Below, in pieces: positions 60,892 to 64,000 of a DNA stretch of 64,000 nucleotides. The position numbers and the translations under genes were made by a program. This DNA is from Paraphysomonas bandaiensis. Lineage: Eukaryota > Protista > Chrysophyceae. The first letter of the stretch is position 1; every line of letters starts with the position of its first letter. The stretch lies in assembly GCA_965644295.1 (NCBI GenBank), contig CBFFRP010000080.1, positions 310,001 to 374,000 of the forward strand. Reading direction: 5' to 3'. The notes beneath the pieces were generated by a model. That model was not told where the DNA came from and made no database searches. It saw nothing but the letters and a program-made list of their open reading frames with translations.

Positions 60892-63800
60892 TCATGCCTT
60901 CACCGATCCTGGCCTCATTCCTCGGCTCGGAGATCGATTGCGTGCCAATGCTGCTTTGTCAGTAGGGGCAGAACTTGACCCCTTGACGATTTTACTTTTA
61001 CTTTTCTTCTTTTTACTGGCGTGTGGGGAAGCGTCGTCAAACGCTGGTTTAGCGGGGGTTGCGGGAGTCGCTACAGGATCTTCTTTTTGTAAAGGAACGG
61101 TTGTATGAGATACGCGATTTCCTTTGCTGTGATATGTCAAAAAACAACCAGGGTTCCCCATCCATGTGCGGGAGCAGTATAAGTCTCCGCACTCGACACA
61201 TTTCTGATCCGCCTCCTCACCGCATGATACACATATATTTCTGTTGTCACTTGCGATCTCCTTCGCTAATCGCACACTACATTTCCGGACATGTATACAC
61301 TCCATGCAGGAATTGCAAAAAGGAATGGAGCAATCAGGACACGACTCCGTAGCCGGTCTGCGTTCGCATTCGTAGCATGCCATTGTACCTGGAGGCATAT
61401 CCTCCTTCATGACATCGCTTATATGCTTTCGTTTCCGGCCTTTGTTATGGAACACTTTGTAACAGGACCGACAGAAAAGTGCGTTGTTGCAATCACGGCA
61501 AGAAAGTTCAGCCGGTGAACGATCACACACTCCACACACTGGGGCTTTCGGGGCAAATCCTACCCACCTACAATACGTGAAAAGCGCACGACGAACAATG
61601 TGCTACGTATACAGAAGTATATGAACCACTCAAAAAATTAAGTACACGAATATATATATATATATAATTACATACTCTACGCACCTATGGAACGCACGCT
61701 TTCCATTTGAATGGATATCTTTATAACATCGTTCACAGTAGCATTCATCGCACTCTGCCCGAGTTCTCTCCAACATCATGCGGACCTGTTGTAGCTGTGA
61801 AGGGTTAAGAAAGACAGCATGGCCATCCTCTCCTGCTCCTGAAGCACTCAACTGATCCATCATAATCGCTAATCGACGCTCGCCACCAACATTTGCTGCT
61901 TTCAACACTTTCCCCCAGTTTTGAGAATTGGCTCGGTGGAGCTTGCTACACAAGTCGTCGATCTCTTTGTCGTCAAGTATACCCATACATTTCCTTGTTG
62001 CCGGCTCCGCACACTCACAGCAGGTCAGATACTCCACGAGTTGGTCGTCCAAATCTGAAAGAGACATGTTAGTATTCAAGCGCTGGTTAAGCCATGGAAG
62101 AGATACTAAATGCACACCAATTCCAAACAGGTCACTTTAATCATACCTTGATATTTGTGATTGATACGAGTTGGATCATTGGAATGAATCGAAGCAAAAC
62201 AAGGAAAACAATATGGCACGGGCTGTCTGCGACCTCGCTTTTGAGGACTTTTTCCAGGAGGCTGACACTCAAAACATACTCGCATCGTTTTTCGTTCTTC
62301 ACAGTTCACACAGACAGTGTTATCTCGTAAAAACGACGCAGTTGAAGCACCCACAACATTAAAAGCTGTGCCAGCAGAACCTAAATTGGAATGAAAAGCA
62401 TTATTGGGTCAAACGCCGCAGCAAGCACCACAGTAACTGTACATCGAGAACAGAAACAATGCAGTATATAGGCCACACAGAGCACTCCATATATGCACAT
62501 ACCCGCGCTCAATTGTCCCTCCTCCATGGTATCGAGATGTGGCCAAGCTTGGATCAAAGCGTCTGATCGTAGGTCACGTACTAGAGGTCGATACGGTTCC
62601 AGCGGCTCTTCGTAGGTAGACACACCAACTGCACGGTTGTAGTAGTACAGACACTTGTCCCGGTCATTCCACAGCTGTTCCCAATCGGAGTTCTGCTGGA
62701 CGCGGAGATTGGCAGCCTTTATGCGGGCTGACATGCGTCGCACAAAACTTTGCACAAGAATGCACGCCTGAATGCAAAAACAGTTTTAAAATATGCGCAC
62801 ATTGAATTGTACATATTTTCAGAACAATATGCAATCCATTCTACATATGTCGAGACCAAATTAACTAAGAAATATGCTGCTATCATACTAAATGACGGAG
62901 TTTCACCTTAAGACGAAGTGCTGAGATGCGCAAATATCGAAGCCTCTTGCCGATTCCTCTCACTCGCTTCTGGACCAAAAATGTCGCATCTTCAACTTGC
63001 TGTATGTAGGCCATCACGTCCCGACGTAGTATCAGACATGCTTTAGCTTCTGGTCCCCTAATAATTTGTACATGCGCATAAAACGTCGACATAAGTATTG
63101 AAGACACCATGCATTTCAAGTCAAAATAAAACTTACGTTATTCGTTCCCGGGGTCTCTCTGAGTTTTCATACTCGTGATCAACACCAACAATCAAATTAT
63201 CCGCTCGCTGTAAAGCATCTACCAAAACTTTGCGAATAATATTTATCTTTAGAGCGCGACATATAGCTATTAGACGACGGGTTGCGCCTTTTAAAATCAT
63301 GTATGCCTCACGTTCTTCCACATATGTACTCGTCGTCGGCTTGTCCACAATCAAATCCACGTTTTGCTGACAGCAAAGACACGTCAACAAAAATGTAATC
63401 CAACATAAACAGCACAATAAGAAATCATGAAAAAACATGCAACACAAGTAGGGTCAATTACATACAGCTTCAACGAAGTACCTGTGCAAGGGCGGGCTTT
63501 CCCGGATATCTATCTAAGAAAGAGTCAAACTGCATCTTTGTAATCGGAAAATTTGATTCCAGCATTCCAGCAGAAATATTTTGAATTCTTGAAACACTGT
63601 TGCGATAAGCTCTATTCAGCCGCTGCTTAATTGCTTGCTCAGATGCCAATATACACTCTTTAATTGTTCGGGGATCATCTGGTCCAGTGAAGTAGTTGAT
63701 CAACGTAACTGCTTGAGTTCGTTTATCCACAGGGGTATTCTTCCACCATTCTTGCAGCTTCGTAAAGTCCCTGACATCCCCATGACGGGTAATCCCAATA

Positions 63801-63961
63801 TTCACAAACTTATCCTTCGTAAAATGCATAACGTCTTCGAATGTGTACTCTTTGGATGCAGAAGGCTTGGAGTGGAAGTAGTTTGAGACTGCCTCAGCGA
63901 CTTCAACGTATCCAGTTCGATGCAACATTTGCACAATCGACACACCTGAATGACACCCCAT
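60892..63961 (-). CDS. 3' part of a large IQ + WW + multiple B-box zinc-finger protein; 5' end lies beyond the window
   Basis: IQ-like VQKRVRG and VQSFVRR; WW SDWEQLWND...YYYNR..GVSTYEEP; B-box-like CGVC..SPAELSCRDC...FC.SC...FH.KG.KRKH, repeated several times. Confidence 0.82.
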
Positions 63962-64000
63962 GAGCCAATCATAACATTAAACATTAGGAAAGGAATATCT

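Overview
Gene-dense, intron-containing eukaryotic DNA (about 40% GC, short GT-AG introns); a stramenopile protist is inferred from gene and transposon style, not proven. Housekeeping genes sit mostly in head-to-head pairs: RPC4/CWF19L2, mitochondrial GrpE/LCLAT1, LETM1/LSG1, FARSA/multi-TM protein, importin-beta-like HEAT protein/NLR. Also present are GRP94, a NYN-LOTUS RNase, a myristoylated C2H2 protein, a CAP protein and a 5'-truncated IQ-WW-B-box gene. Transposons pile up mainly between convergent 3' ends: a very young Ty1/copia element (LTRs identical by eye, 5-bp TSD) inserted inside an older solo LTR of its own family, several hAT derivatives with 8-bp TSDs, MITEs and an unclassified dispersed repeat. 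The window starts with a bacterial-type metF pseudogene. The most interesting locus is 51.3-60.4 kb: an intronless NB-ARC-TPR (NLR-like) gene with no N-terminal effector domain and a nearby intronless TPR-only gene share the same unannotated ~80-aa C-terminal domain, with a myristoylated CAP/PR-1-family gene between them. This is a candidate paired innate-immune module.
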